A stretch of 64,000 bases of DNA from Candidatus Wallbacteria bacterium (GTDB taxonomy: Bacteria; Muiribacteriota; UBA6191; JACPRK01), in assembly GCA_016213845.1 (NCBI GenBank), contig JACQZN010000129.1, positions 13,268-77,267 on the forward strand, in the 5' to 3' direction. Positions 47,743 to 57,984 of the stretch are shown here, piece by piece (the first letter of the stretch is position 1; each line of letters begins with the position of its first letter). A program made the position numbers and the translations under genes. The notes beneath the pieces are model-generated. The model was not told where the DNA came from. It made no database searches and worked only from the letters and a program-made list of their open reading frames with translations.

Positions 47743-50280
47743 ATGAGCGAGACAAAGCAGCTCCTGGAGATGCTACGGCACTCCAATCCGGCCGTGAGGC
47801 GATTTGCGCTGCAGCGGCTGGGCGAGGCGGGCGATCGCACGGCGATCCTGGAGCTCAGGCGCGCCACGGAGGACGAGGATGCCGGGGTCGCCAGCCAGGC
47901 AGAGAAGTCGCTCTACCTGTTGCTGCAGCGCAGCACAGTCGGAGTGGGGCCGACGGAACGGGTGGTCTCCATTCCGGGGTCGGTCGCGGGCAAGCCGGTC
48001 GACATCTTCGAAGTCGACTCGCTGAAGTCGGCCGGTCGCGCCCTTCTGCGCCCGCACGCGGCGCGGATGGCGCGTGAAGTGGCCGGCAGCGATCCCGCAC
48101 TGGCCAGGGCGTGCGCTGCGGCGCTCGGGAAGGTCCGGGACCCCGACTTCATCCCCGCGCTCGTCGCTGGCCTGGGGCACGAGGACAGGCGCAGCGAGTG
48201 CGCCTACGCGCTGGCTGGATTCGACGAACCCGTGGCGACTCGCGCGCTGCTTGCGCTGCTCGACGCGGCAGACCGGTCCGCGGTCAGGCTCGGCTGCTTC
48301 GCGCTCGGCTCCAACCGCCAGCCCGAGGTGACTCGGCGGCTCGTTTCACTCTTGATGCATCCCGACCCGGAAGTGCGCGCCGACGTCGTCTTCGCGCTGG
48401 GCGAGTGCGGCGATGCGCAGGTCGCCCGCAAGATCGCCCCGCTGCTGGACGACCGCAGCGACCAGGTCGTACTGCGGGCCCTGGCGGCCCTGAAGAAGCT
48501 GGCCGACCCGGAGCTCCAGGGCGCCATACTGGCCCGGCTGCCGCGCACCCGCAGCGACAAGATCCGAGCCACGCTGGTCGGTTCGCTGGCCGGCGCCCAG
48601 GTGGAGCCTCGCTTGCTGGCTGCGCTGGAGCGCGCGGTCCAGGACACCGACACGCGCGTGCGCGCCAACGCCGTGGAAGTCATCGGCTCCCTGGCCTGTC
48701 CCCGCGAGGACAAGGTGCGCCTCCTGAACCCCGTGCGCGAGGACCGCAACAACCGCGTCATGGCCAACCTCGCGATCGCCATGGGGCCGATCGATCCGCT
48801 CCACTCGCTGCGCGTGCTGTCGGAGATGCTCAACAGCGGCGACAAGTGGGAGCGCGCTTCGGCCGTCTACGCAGCGGGCTTCATCCGAGAGCAGCGGGTG
48901 GCGCTCTGGCTGGCCAACATCTTCATGTTCGAAGAGGACGCCGACGTCCTGCGCAACACGGTCTCCAGCCTGTCGCGGTTCCGGGGGCACGACATAAGCG
49001 AGCAGCTGGTCAAGGCGTTGCGCCACCACAACCCGGCGGTCCGTTCGGGCTCGGCCCGGGTACTGGGGGCGCTGGGCGACCGCGTCGGGCGCGAGGCGCT
49101 CGTGCACGCCCTCGAGCAGGAGAACGACCCCTCGGTGAAGACCGACATCCTGGGCGCGCTCTCGAAGCTGTGCGACGCCAGCCACATCCCGGCGATCGCG
49201 ACGGTGCTGAAGGACTCCTCGCCCAAGGTCCAGGCTCGCGGCCTCGAGGCGCTGGAGCAGATCGGCTCCGTCGAAATCCTGCCCCTGGTCGAGCCATTCC
49301 TCAGCAGCCTCGACCCGCGCGTGAAGGCCAATGCCGCCCGCGCGCTCTGGAAGCTCGGGCAGCTCGACGTCGCCGCCGTGCTGGGCGGGATGCTCCACTC
49401 GCCCAACTCTCTGGAAGTGCGCAGCGCCGTCTACGCCCTGGGCGAGCTGGGGGACACGCTCGAGGTCATCGCGGATCTGCGCCATTACTACCTCCTCGCC
49501 TCCGCGCTGCGCGCCCGCACGCGAGAACCCTCCCCCGGAGCGGTGGATGGCGCTGCGCAGACCCCCGCGCCCAGGATTCTCGCCGACCTTCTCGATGCCG
49601 AGCTGCCGCTGCGCCATATCTACGCAGGCCGCTACCCCGAAGCGATCAACACCTTGCAGGCCTACCTACAGTCCAACCCGCACTCGCTTCCCGCCAACTT
49701 CCTGGTCGGCGATCTCTACCGGCGCCTGGAGAACCTGGAGCTCGCCCTCAAGCACCTGGAGGCCTGCCGCGGCGCCTCCGAGAGCTTCGTCAACCTCGAC
49801 CTCCACCTGGCCAGCGTGCGCGCCGGACTCAATGACACCAGCGGCTCCATTCACCATTACCTGGCCGCGCTACGTTCCAAGCTCGAGATCGTGGAGGGCA
49901 TGCTCGCCAGCGCTCAGGAGCTGTTGCGCCACGAGCGGGTCGGCGATGCGAGCCTCTTGCTCAAGGCCCTGGTGCAGCAGGTCCCCATCGACGCCAAGAT
50001 CCACTTCAAGATCGGCGTCCAGCTTCTCAACAACGGGATCTACGAGGAGGCACTGACTCACCTCTTCAAGGCGTTGATGGCCGATCCCAAGGACGTCCGG
50101 ATCTTGCTGCAGCTGGGCGTGCTGATGGCGCGACTGGGTCAAGGAATGGTATTGCAGAAGATCCACGACTGGATCGTGGAGCTCGTGGGCGCCGACGACC
50201 CGATCGCCCGTGAAGCGCGCAAGCTCCTCGACGCCAGCCTCGAATCCTTGGGCGGCGAAGAGACACGCGACATCGGGTAA
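47743..50280 (+). CDS. HEAT-repeat (PBS-lyase type) protein with C-terminal TPRs
   Basis: Many D/P.VR..A..ALG units (for example [13 protein letters not shown] and [13 protein letters not shown]), then TPRs. Confidence 0.85.
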   Translation: MSETKQLLEMLRHSNPAVRRFALQRLGEAGDRTAILELRRATEDEDAGVASQAEKSLYLLLQRSTVGVGPTERVVSIPGSVAGKPVDIFEVDSLKSAGRALLRPHAARMAREVAGSDPALARACAAALGKVRDPDFIPALVAGLGHEDRRSECAYALAGFDEPVATRALLALLDAADRSAVRLGCFALGSNRQPEVTRRLVSLLMHPDPEVRADVVFALGECGDAQVARKIAPLLDDRSDQVVLRALAALKKLADPELQGAILARLPRTRSDKIRATLVGSLAGAQVEPRLLAALERAVQDTDTRVRANAVEVIGSLACPREDKVRLLNPVREDRNNRVMANLAIAMGPIDPLHSLRVLSEMLNSGDKWERASAVYAAGFIREQRVALWLANIFMFEEDADVLRNTVSSLSRFRGHDISEQLVKALRHHNPAVRSGSARVLGALGDRVGREALVHALEQENDPSVKTDILGALSKLCDASHIPAIATVLKDSSPKVQARGLEALEQIGSVEILPLVEPFLSSLDPRVKANAARALWKLGQLDVAAVLGGMLHSPNSLEVRSAVYALGELGDTLEVIADLRHYYLLASALRARTREPSPGAVDGAAQTPAPRILADLLDAELPLRHIYAGRYPEAINTLQAYLQSNPHSLPANFLVGDLYRRLENLELALKHLEACRGASESFVNLDLHLASVRAGLNDTSGSIHHYLAALRSKLEIVEGMLASAQELLRHERVGDASLLLKALVQQVPIDAKIHFKIGVQLLNNGIYEEALTHLFKALMADPKDVRILLQLGVLMARLGQGMVLQKIHDWIVELVGADDPIAREARKLLDASLESLGGEETRDIG

Positions 50281-50301
50281 GCACTCGAAGAGGCGGTAGC
50301 G

Positions 50302-50469
50302 GTGTTGGAAGAAATCAGGAAGAACTGGTTCGTCAGGGCGCTCATCGCGCTCGGAGTCGTGGCCGCCCTGATCGGGGTGATCCTGCCTCTGCTGGTCGAT
50401 TCCCCGCCCTACCCCGAGGGCCGGCCGGCGCCCGCGCGGAGCCTGCTCGACAGGATGATCGGCCGGTGA
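50302..50469 (+). CDS. Small (55 aa) single-pass membrane protein, absent from the ORF track
   Basis: GTG 50302 to TGA 50469: MLEEIRKNWFVRALIALGVVAALIGVILPLLVDSPPYPEGRPAPARSLLDRMIGR. It fills the gap between two genes, and its stop overlaps the sigma factor GTG (GTGA). Confidence 0.65.
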   Translation: MLEEIRKNWFVRALIALGVVAALIGVILPLLVDSPPYPEGRPAPARSLLDRMIGR

Positions 50470-51641
50470 AATCCGTGGCTGACAACTCCCGGAAGGCTCC
50501 GGCTTCCCCCGCTCTGGCCAACGCCAGCCCGCTGGCTCGAAGCATCGCAGAGCGGCTCGCAGGCGAGCATGCGGTGACGCTACAGGCGCTCGAGCGGTTG
50601 CTCCCGGAGGACGTCTCGGCCGACGAGATGGACGAGGTCTTCTTCGTCCTGGGCGAGCTCGGCGTCAACGTGGCAGAGGCCGAGCCGGCTCCGAAAGAGC
50701 CCGCTCCCGCGCAGGCCGCCGCCGAGCCGGCACGCTCCGAGATCCCCGCGGCGGCGCCCTCGTCGGCACCCACGCGCGCCGCGCGCAAGTCCGACGACTC
50801 GCGCATGCACGGCGTGGTGGCCCAGTACCTCTCCGAGATCTCAGGCATCCGCCCGCTCTCCGAAGCCGAAGAGGAGTCGCTGGCACGGCTGGCCGCTTCG
50901 GGCGACGAGCGCGCCATCCGGGCGCTGGTGGAGTCGCACCTGAGGCTGGTCGTCAAGATCGTGCGCGAGTACCGCCACTCGGGGCTGGCCAGGATGGACC
51001 TCATTCAGGCCGGCAACATGGGGCTGCTCGACGCCGCGCACCACTTCCGCCCGGGCAAGTCGGGCCGCTTCTCGCACTTCGCCAGCTGGTGGGTCCGGCA
51101 AGGGATCACCCGCCACGTCGAGGCCGCCGGGCTGCTCATTCGCCTGCCCAGGAAGCTCGTCAAGGAGCTGCATTCGCTGGGCCGGGAACGCGCCCGGACG
51201 CGCGCCCGCCTCAAGCGAGAGCCGACGGATCAGGAGGCTGCCGACGCGCTGGGCTGGCCGGTGTCGAAGGTCCAGTACCTGGACAGCATCGGCCACAACC
51301 CGCTCAGCCTCGACAGCCCGCTGCCGCGCGACGAGGAGAAGAGCTTCGAGGAAGTGGTCGTCGACCTCAAGGCCTCCGAGCAGGCCAAGCTCACGCGCAA
51401 GCGCCATGTGGTCGCCTCGTTGCACCCTCTGCTGGCGCAGCTCACCACGGAGCAGCGCGGCGTTCTGTCGCTCAGGTACGGACTCTCGGACCAGGTCGAG
51501 CACTCCGTCAACGAGGTGGCCGACCTCACCAGCCTCTCACGCGAGGAGGTGCGCGCGCTGGAACGGGAAGGGTTGCGGCGCCTGGCCGAGCTGACCGGCA
51601 CGCAGCTCTCCGCCTCTCTCGAGGACGACGACCTGGAGTAG
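50466..51641 (+). CDS. Divergent sigma70-family sigma factor (regions 1.1, 1.2, 2, 3, 4)
   Basis: YLSEI, LVESHLRLVVKIVREY, DLIQAGNMGL, WWVRQGI, REPT, SLDSP, VL.LRYGL. Confidence 0.88.
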   Translation: MKSVADNSRKAPASPALANASPLARSIAERLAGEHAVTLQALERLLPEDVSADEMDEVFFVLGELGVNVAEAEPAPKEPAPAQAAAEPARSEIPAAAPSSAPTRAARKSDDSRMHGVVAQYLSEISGIRPLSEAEEESLARLAASGDERAIRALVESHLRLVVKIVREYRHSGLARMDLIQAGNMGLLDAAHHFRPGKSGRFSHFASWWVRQGITRHVEAAGLLIRLPRKLVKELHSLGRERARTRARLKREPTDQEAADALGWPVSKVQYLDSIGHNPLSLDSPLPRDEEKSFEEVVVDLKASEQAKLTRKRHVVASLHPLLAQLTTEQRGVLSLRYGLSDQVEHSVNEVADLTSLSREEVRALEREGLRRLAELTGTQLSASLEDDDLE

Positions 51642-51705
51642 CCCCCCGGGCGGCCGAAGCACCAGACACGCTCTTGGCGTAGAATAGGAGCGGTCGCGAC
51701 CTGCC

Positions 51706-52782
51706 ATGCCAACCGAGAAAGACTTCTACAAGACGCTGGGCGTTTCCGAGAAATCGACGCCGAAGGAGATCCGCAGCGCCTACCACAAGCTCGCCAAGCG
51801 GCTGCATCCGGATCGTAACCCGGGTAACAAGGAGTCGGAGCGCAAGTTCAAGGAGGTCAACGAAGCCTACGAAGTGCTCTCCGACCCGAAGAAGAAGTCC
51901 CAGTACGACCAGTTCCGGGACCTGTCGGCGCGGGGCTTCCGGTTCCAGGGCGACCCGGGCTCGCAGGGATTCGAGGGGTTCGATTTCGGCAATCTGGGCA
52001 ACTTCGGCGGGGGTAAGGACGGGGGGCTCGGAGGGTTTTCCGACATCTTCGAGCGTCTTTTCAACACCGGCGGCCGCGGCCCGGGCCAGCCGGCGAGCGG
52101 CGGAAGGACCGGCGGCGACGTTCGAGCCACTGCCCAGGTGCCACTCACGACCGCGGCCCGGGGCGGCTCCCTGGCTCTGTCGGTGGAACTTCCGGGGGTC
52201 TGCCCGGCGTGCCGGGGAAGCGGCGGAGCCGGCCCGGTCGCCTGTCCGCAGTGCCACGGCAGCGGCAAGAGCGCAGGGCTTCGCGGCGGCAGTCCGTGCG
52301 TGCGCTGCGGCGGTAGCGGTCAAGTCCCGAGCGCGGTCTGCCCGGGCTGCGCAGGGCGCGGCGAAGTCCAGCAGGCCAAGCGGCTGACGGTGAAGATCCC
52401 GGCCGGAATCGAGGACGGCACCGAGATGCGGCTGACGGGCCAAGGGGGCGCCGGGCCGGGCGGGCCGGGAGATCTCTTTCTGAAGATCCAGCTGGTCGCA
52501 GACGGCCCCTTCCGGCTCGAGGGGCAGGACGTCGTGAGCACGGCGCAGATCGGCGTGTTCGAGGCAATCCTCGGCACCTCGGTCGCCGTCACCACGCTGC
52601 AGGGCGAGTCGCTTCGCCTCAAGGTTCCGCCGGGCACGCAGCCCGGGACGCGGATGCGGCTACGCGGCAAGGGACTCGGCGGCCGCGATCACTTCGTCGA
52701 GGTGCAGGTGCGAATCCCGACCCGGCTCACCGCCGGTCAGCGTGAGCAGATCGAGCAGCTGGCGAGCCAGCTCGGAGACTGA
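51706..52782 (+). CDS. dnaJ: DnaJ chaperone (J domain, G/F region, zinc finger, C-terminal domain)
   Basis: HPD motif, four CxxCxGxG repeats, KIPAGIEDG, GDL, PGTQPG. Confidence 0.88.
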   Translation: MPTEKDFYKTLGVSEKSTPKEIRSAYHKLAKRLHPDRNPGNKESERKFKEVNEAYEVLSDPKKKSQYDQFRDLSARGFRFQGDPGSQGFEGFDFGNLGNFGGGKDGGLGGFSDIFERLFNTGGRGPGQPASGGRTGGDVRATAQVPLTTAARGGSLALSVELPGVCPACRGSGGAGPVACPQCHGSGKSAGLRGGSPCVRCGGSGQVPSAVCPGCAGRGEVQQAKRLTVKIPAGIEDGTEMRLTGQGGAGPGGPGDLFLKIQLVADGPFRLEGQDVVSTAQIGVFEAILGTSVAVTTLQGESLRLKVPPGTQPGTRMRLRGKGLGGRDHFVEVQVRIPTRLTAGQREQIEQLASQLGD

Positions 52783-52785
52783 CGA

Positions 52786-55700
52786 GTGACTGTGCTGCCG
52801 CCGCCACGCAGACGACGCCTCTGGCGGCTGGCCGGGTTCGCGCTGCTGGCGATGGTCGCCCTGGCCGTGTTGGTGGCAGTTCGCTTCCGTCAGGTGGTGG
52901 CGACCGGGGAGCTGGCGAAGATCCTCTGCGAGCGGCTGGAAGAGGAGCTGGGGATGCCGGTCACGGTCGGCTCGGCCTCGGTGCGGGGGCTGACGCGCGT
53001 GACAGCGGCCCAGCTCGCGATGAGGCCGCCGGCAGGCGAGATGCCGATCGAGGCGCAGTCGCTCTCCATCAAGTTCGACGGCTGGTCGCTTCTGATGGGG
53101 ACGCTGGAGCCGCTCACGTTCGAGCTTGAGGGCCTGGAGTTGAATCTGACGTCGGCCGCGCTGAGGCTGGAGCTGAAGCGCACGCTGGAGCGCATCGAGA
53201 GGCAGTCGCACCGCTTCAAGCCGACGATCCACGTGACCCTGGTCAGGGCCGAGCTAGAGCGCGGGCGTTTCACGGGTGATCGGCTGACGCTGGAGAGGCC
53301 GCGCTTCGGCGCGCGTGCGTTCCGCGTTCATGGCATCTTCGAGCCACCGGGCACGGAGCCCGTGGCGATCGTGGCGCGCGGCGTGTCGACGGCGTCACCG
53401 GAATCGGTCTCCCTCGATCTGGCGTTGCGCTCGCCCTGGCTGGAGCTGCACGCCGAGGGCGGGCTGGCCGGTATGTCGAGCAAGCCCAGGGTAAGGGGTG
53501 AGGTGCGCGTGGATCGCCTCGACGCCGCGGTCGCGGCGCGGCTGGCGATGCCGAACACGTCGCCCGTGCGGGGCGGGCAGGTGACCGGGCGCTTGACGCT
53601 CTCCGGAGACGCGTACTCACCGGCCATCGAGGGCGATTTCTCCCCGAAGGAGTTGCTGGTGGAGCTGCCGGAAGTCGGGCTATCGACCGTGAAGTCGGGC
53701 TCGCTCGACCTCGGGCCGGGGCAGGCGCTCTGCCGGGACCTGGTGGTCGAGACGAAGTACGGGCTCTTCGGCGTCCAGGGAAGCGTGCGGGGTCCGCTGA
53801 TGGACCCGACAGTGTCGTTGAGGGCCGACTGCGCCAGCTTCGACCTGGTGCCGATCCTCGAGAAGCGCAAGTTGCAGGCGGCGATGGAGGGCGGCTGCTC
53901 GGCTGTGATCGGGCTGGAGGGCAAAGCGAAGCGGCCGTCGGTGCGCGCCGAGCTCGACTTGCGGGGGCTGGCGCTGGACTGGCCGTCGGAGAAGATCGGA
54001 GGGATTCCGATCCGGGTGGTGCTGGCGAAGGTCCAATACTCGGGAGATGCTTTGAGGGCGAAGGACGCCGACGTCACGGTCTGGAAGGTGCCGGCGACCG
54101 CGGGCATCCAGATCGAGGGGCTCTCGGGGTCGATGCGATTGGCGGCCGAGGCCCGTGCGGCCGACGTGGATCTGGGGCGGCTGGCGAAGAACCTGCCTGC
54201 GCCGATCCGCAAGGCGCTGGAGCAATACCGGGTGCAGGGCAGGACGGCCGTGACGGCCGAGGTGGCCGGGAGCCGCGAGGACACGACCGTCGTGCTGGAC
54301 GCTCCGGGGGCGGGGCTGTCTCTGGCGGTGCCGCTCGGCACCGAGTCGCTGGCCGTGACGCTGCAAGGCGGGCGGGTCACGCTGGCGCGGCAGACGCTAT
54401 ACGGCAGCCGGCTCACGGGGCTGGTGAACGGCACGCCGTTCGCGGGGGACGTGGCGGTGACGAACATCATCGACCAGCCCCGGGTGAAGGGGGAGGTCAT
54501 GCTGAGACGCGCGAGGCTGGACAAGCTGGTGCCTGCGGTGGCTTCCAGATACGACGTTCGCGGAACGCCCGACCTGCGAGTGGTGCTTTCGGAGTCGAAA
54601 GAGACGCCGTATGAAGTGAGTGCTCCGGCAGGAGGACTCTCGATGGCGCTTGCGGTGGAGAGCGGGACGAAGCTGCCGCTGGCGTTCGAGGCCGGAGAGC
54701 TGCGTCTGGCGGCCGGCAGCCTGGAGGGTAGGCGCCTGGCGGGCGCGCTGGCGGGCGGCACGTTTCACGGTGAGCTGACGGTGCACTCGGCCCTGAGCGG
54801 CAAGCCCCGCCCTGTCGGAAAGGCCAGCCTCCAGCGAGTCTGGATCGAGAAGCTGCTGCCCGAGCTTGCCAGGAGCTACAGCGTCGAAGGGCCCGTCGGC
54901 GCCGACGTGACCTTCGACGGCAGCCGCGTGGGGCTGTCCTGCAGCCTGGCGGGAATGCGAACGCGCGTGCCGGCGGGCAAGTCGTTCGTGACGTTGGAGT
55001 TCGAGGGCGGGCGCGTCGACCTGGCCGACGGAGGCGCCCGGATGTCGAAGGTCGCGCTCACGCTCGGAGGAAAGGGCACCATCCGCTTGGACGGCGATGC
55101 CACCCGCGGACGGATGGACCTCGCACTGACAGCCCAGGGCCTCGAGGTAGGCCGGCTCATGTCGGCGGCCACGGGCGGCGAATCCCGCTCCAAGCGCCCG
55201 CTGGCATTCGACGGCCGGATTCGCACCGTTCACCAGTCCCCCCTCCTCACCGGCCGCTTCGTGCTGGGCGCCGAGCCCGCCCCCGCGACCACGGCCAGCA
55301 AGCTGCTCGACGGCAGCTCGGGCGAGCTCACCTGGGACGGAACGATATTGAAGACCCAGAAGCTGAAACTGCTCGGTGTGCCAGCAACTCTCGAGATGGT
55401 TCGCGCTCCGGATGGGAGCCGGCTGAACTTCGAGATGAAGAACGCCGCGCTCGAGACGATCCTCGAGAAGTCGGGGGCATGGGCAGGCATCGCCTCCGGG
55501 TCCGCCGACGCTTCCTTCGTCATCCGGAGCTCGCAGTCCGACGAGGGCGGGTTCTCGGGCAGCGGCCATGTCGTCATACGGCAGCTGATCGTGCGCGGCG
55601 AGAAGGTCGCCAAGGCGGCCGGCATACAGAACCCCTCGACCAAGCTGCGCGGGGCGGGCGGATTCCTCAGTCTGGGGTTTCTTCCGAGCTTCCTCAGCCT

Positions 55701-56250
55701 GCCGGGCCAGGTCGCCGCCGGTCAGCTCCACATGAACGCGGCCTACGTCGACTTCGCCTTTGCGGACCACGACCTGGGCAACCTGCGCTGGGACGCCCAG
55801 CTCAAGGGCGGTCGAATGGCCGGCCCCCTGTCGACCTCGCCCGATGCCAGCCACGTCTCCGGGCATCTCGCCTTCGACATGCGCCAGGCCTTCGCCGAGG
55901 GCAGCTTCGGAATCGCCGACAGCAACAAAGGCATCTCGATGAAGGTCAACCCGCTGCTGCTCGATACGCGCCGCTCGCCACCAATGTGGACACCGGGCGG
56001 CCTGAAAGACTTCGAGTTCGCAGGCGCCGGCGACGCCTTCAACATCGTCGGGACAGCCGGCAGCGCCGTTCTGGGCGGCATTCTGCGCGGCGGCTCTGCG
56101 GCGCTCGGGCCCGCTAGCCTCGTCCCGATGATCTTCCTGGGAGACAAGAAGCCTCATCGCCCTTACACGGGCAAGCCCGGCGAGCGCCCCAGCTCCGCCG
56201 AGGCCACCGTGCGAACAACCGCCGAGATGCTCGATCGGCCCAGGAAGTAG
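52786..56250 (+). CDS. AsmA-like/TamB-YhdP-type periplasm-spanning beta-taco protein
   Basis: N-terminal TM anchor followed by about 1100 aa of repeating amphipathic beta-strands. Confidence 0.6.
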   Translation: MTVLPPPRRRRLWRLAGFALLAMVALAVLVAVRFRQVVATGELAKILCERLEEELGMPVTVGSASVRGLTRVTAAQLAMRPPAGEMPIEAQSLSIKFDGWSLLMGTLEPLTFELEGLELNLTSAALRLELKRTLERIERQSHRFKPTIHVTLVRAELERGRFTGDRLTLERPRFGARAFRVHGIFEPPGTEPVAIVARGVSTASPESVSLDLALRSPWLELHAEGGLAGMSSKPRVRGEVRVDRLDAAVAARLAMPNTSPVRGGQVTGRLTLSGDAYSPAIEGDFSPKELLVELPEVGLSTVKSGSLDLGPGQALCRDLVVETKYGLFGVQGSVRGPLMDPTVSLRADCASFDLVPILEKRKLQAAMEGGCSAVIGLEGKAKRPSVRAELDLRGLALDWPSEKIGGIPIRVVLAKVQYSGDALRAKDADVTVWKVPATAGIQIEGLSGSMRLAAEARAADVDLGRLAKNLPAPIRKALEQYRVQGRTAVTAEVAGSREDTTVVLDAPGAGLSLAVPLGTESLAVTLQGGRVTLARQTLYGSRLTGLVNGTPFAGDVAVTNIIDQPRVKGEVMLRRARLDKLVPAVASRYDVRGTPDLRVVLSESKETPYEVSAPAGGLSMALAVESGTKLPLAFEAGELRLAAGSLEGRRLAGALAGGTFHGELTVHSALSGKPRPVGKASLQRVWIEKLLPELARSYSVEGPVGADVTFDGSRVGLSCSLAGMRTRVPAGKSFVTLEFEGGRVDLADGGARMSKVALTLGGKGTIRLDGDATRGRMDLALTAQGLEVGRLMSAATGGESRSKRPLAFDGRIRTVHQSPLLTGRFVLGAEPAPATTASKLLDGSSGELTWDGTILKTQKLKLLGVPATLEMVRAPDGSRLNFEMKNAALETILEKSGAWAGIASGSADASFVIRSSQSDEGGFSGSGHVVIRQLIVRGEKVAKAAGIQNPSTKLRGAGGFLSLGFLPSFLSLPGQVAAGQLHMNAAYVDFAFADHDLGNLRWDAQLKGGRMAGPLSTSPDASHVSGHLAFDMRQAFAEGSFGIADSNKGISMKVNPLLLDTRRSPPMWTPGGLKDFEFAGAGDAFNIVGTAGSAVLGGILRGGSAALGPASLVPMIFLGDKKPHRPYTGKPGERPSSAEATVRTTAEMLDRPRK

Positions 56251-56255
56251 CGGGA

Positions 56256-57917
56256 GTGACCGCGTCTCAGGACTCTCCGGGCGCAGGCGTCCTGGAGCAT
56301 GCCGCCCGGACCATGCTCGACCCCAGGCCCGTCGGCTGGCGATTCCTGGCGCTGGTCGCGCTCCTGCTGGTCGCCGCCGCGGCGCTGCCCTGCGCGGTGG
56401 GCTACGTGCGCGCTGCGCCGGGGGAGACGTTCCTCGGATTCGTCGACGACTGGCCCGACGTGCTGATGTACTTCTCCTTCGCCGAGCGAGCCATGCGAGG
56501 CGAGATCGTGACGACGGTCCCGTGCGGAACGCCGGATCAGCGCCCCCGCATCCTGAGCGGCCTGTCCGTGGCCATGGGCTGGGTCGCCACAGCCACCGGA
56601 ATGGAACCGCCGACTGCCCACCTGGCCACGCGGCTGCTGGCGGCCGCGGTCCTGGTTCCCGTGCTGGCTCTCTTCTTCCGAGGGATGCTGGGAAACGGGG
56701 CTCCGCTCAGGTTCGCGGTCCTGTCCGTGGCCCTCGGCTCGGGGCTGGGGTGGGTCGTGGGCCCCGTCGAGACGAGCGGATGGAACCCGACCGACCGCTG
56801 GCATATCGGCACGGTGGCGCTCTACGCGGCCAGCACGCTGGCGCACCTGACCACGAGCTGGTGTCTGCTCCTGCTGTCCTACCACTGGCTGGGCTGCGCG
56901 GTCCGGACGGGGTCCCGCCGTTTCGCCGCGGCCGGTGGTGCCGCAATATGCGTCAACGGACTTCTCCACCCCTATCACTTCGTGAGCGCCTCCGTGGCCG
57001 CCTTCGCGCTGACCGCCTGGCGAGCCCGGGAGGCCGGGTGGCGACGGCCCGGGGGTGTGCTCCTGACCTTCCTGGCGACGGGCTGCCCGGCGTTCCTTGG
57101 ACAGGCGTGGCTGACCTATAGCCAGCCCGTGATGCGACACGTCGTCGAGCAATCCATGAACCTGTCGCCGCACCCGCTCGAGTATGTCCTGGGCTTCGGT
57201 GTGGCCGGAATGCTGGCCGCGGGGGCACTGCTGGACCGGCGACGCATCCCCGGGCGCCAGCGCGTGGCGGTGGTCTGGATCGTCGTCTGCGGGGCGCTGC
57301 TCTACTCGTATCGCACACCGCTGGGACTGCGATTCGAGCGCCGCTTCGCGGACGTGCTGGTGGTGCCGCTCATGGCGCTCGGCACACGGTTCCTCTTCGG
57401 CCGCGTCCTGCCCGCCATCGAAGCCGCCCGCGGCCGCACGGCGGCCGGGTTGGTCGTCGCGCTTCTCCTGGTGGCCCAGATTCCGAGCAACGTCTTGCTG
57501 GTGCAGCGTCTCTGCGAGAAGGTCAACCTGGGCCTCCGCCCCTACTCGACGCCGACGCCGGAGGTACACGCCAGCCGGGCCCTCCGGACTTTGGCCACCG
57601 ATGGCGACACCGTGCTTTCCCACGTGCCGGCGAGCCTGGTCATCCCGGCCCTGTCCGGCACGGCGACCGTGCTGAGCCACCCCCACTGGCGCCCGGGCCA
57701 TCACCGGCTGCAGAAGCGGGCCGTGGCCGAGTACTGGGGCGAGCCGTCCGCGTCCGCCCGGGCGGCTTTCCTGCGCGAGGTAGGCGCGACGATGGTCTAC
57801 ATCGGCCAGGTCGAGCGGGAGCTGCTGAAGTTCGCTCCGGCCTCGGACCCGTCGATGATCCCGATCTACGAAAAAGACGGCGTTTCCATCTACCGCATCC
57901 ACGCGCCCCCTCGCTGA
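56256..57917 (+). CDS. Polytopic membrane protein, probable GT-C glycosyltransferase
   Basis: Acidic loop DDWPDVLMY after TM1, about 12 TM segments, C-terminal soluble domain. Confidence 0.55.
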   Translation: MTASQDSPGAGVLEHAARTMLDPRPVGWRFLALVALLLVAAAALPCAVGYVRAAPGETFLGFVDDWPDVLMYFSFAERAMRGEIVTTVPCGTPDQRPRILSGLSVAMGWVATATGMEPPTAHLATRLLAAAVLVPVLALFFRGMLGNGAPLRFAVLSVALGSGLGWVVGPVETSGWNPTDRWHIGTVALYAASTLAHLTTSWCLLLLSYHWLGCAVRTGSRRFAAAGGAAICVNGLLHPYHFVSASVAAFALTAWRAREAGWRRPGGVLLTFLATGCPAFLGQAWLTYSQPVMRHVVEQSMNLSPHPLEYVLGFGVAGMLAAGALLDRRRIPGRQRVAVVWIVVCGALLYSYRTPLGLRFERRFADVLVVPLMALGTRFLFGRVLPAIEAARGRTAAGLVVALLLVAQIPSNVLLVQRLCEKVNLGLRPYSTPTPEVHASRALRTLATDGDTVLSHVPASLVIPALSGTATVLSHPHWRPGHHRLQKRAVAEYWGEPSASARAAFLREVGATMVYIGQVERELLKFAPASDPSMIPIYEKDGVSIYRIHAPPR

Positions 57918-57984
57918 GCCCGGCTCTGCTACCATCGGATCGTGGGCGGCCAGACTCGCCGCCTGGGCACTCCGGAGGATCAGG

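Noticed and set aside
50302-50469. Small ORF as the missing Flp pilin
   Set aside because: It lacks the G|xxxxEY Flp motif; kept as a small membrane protein.
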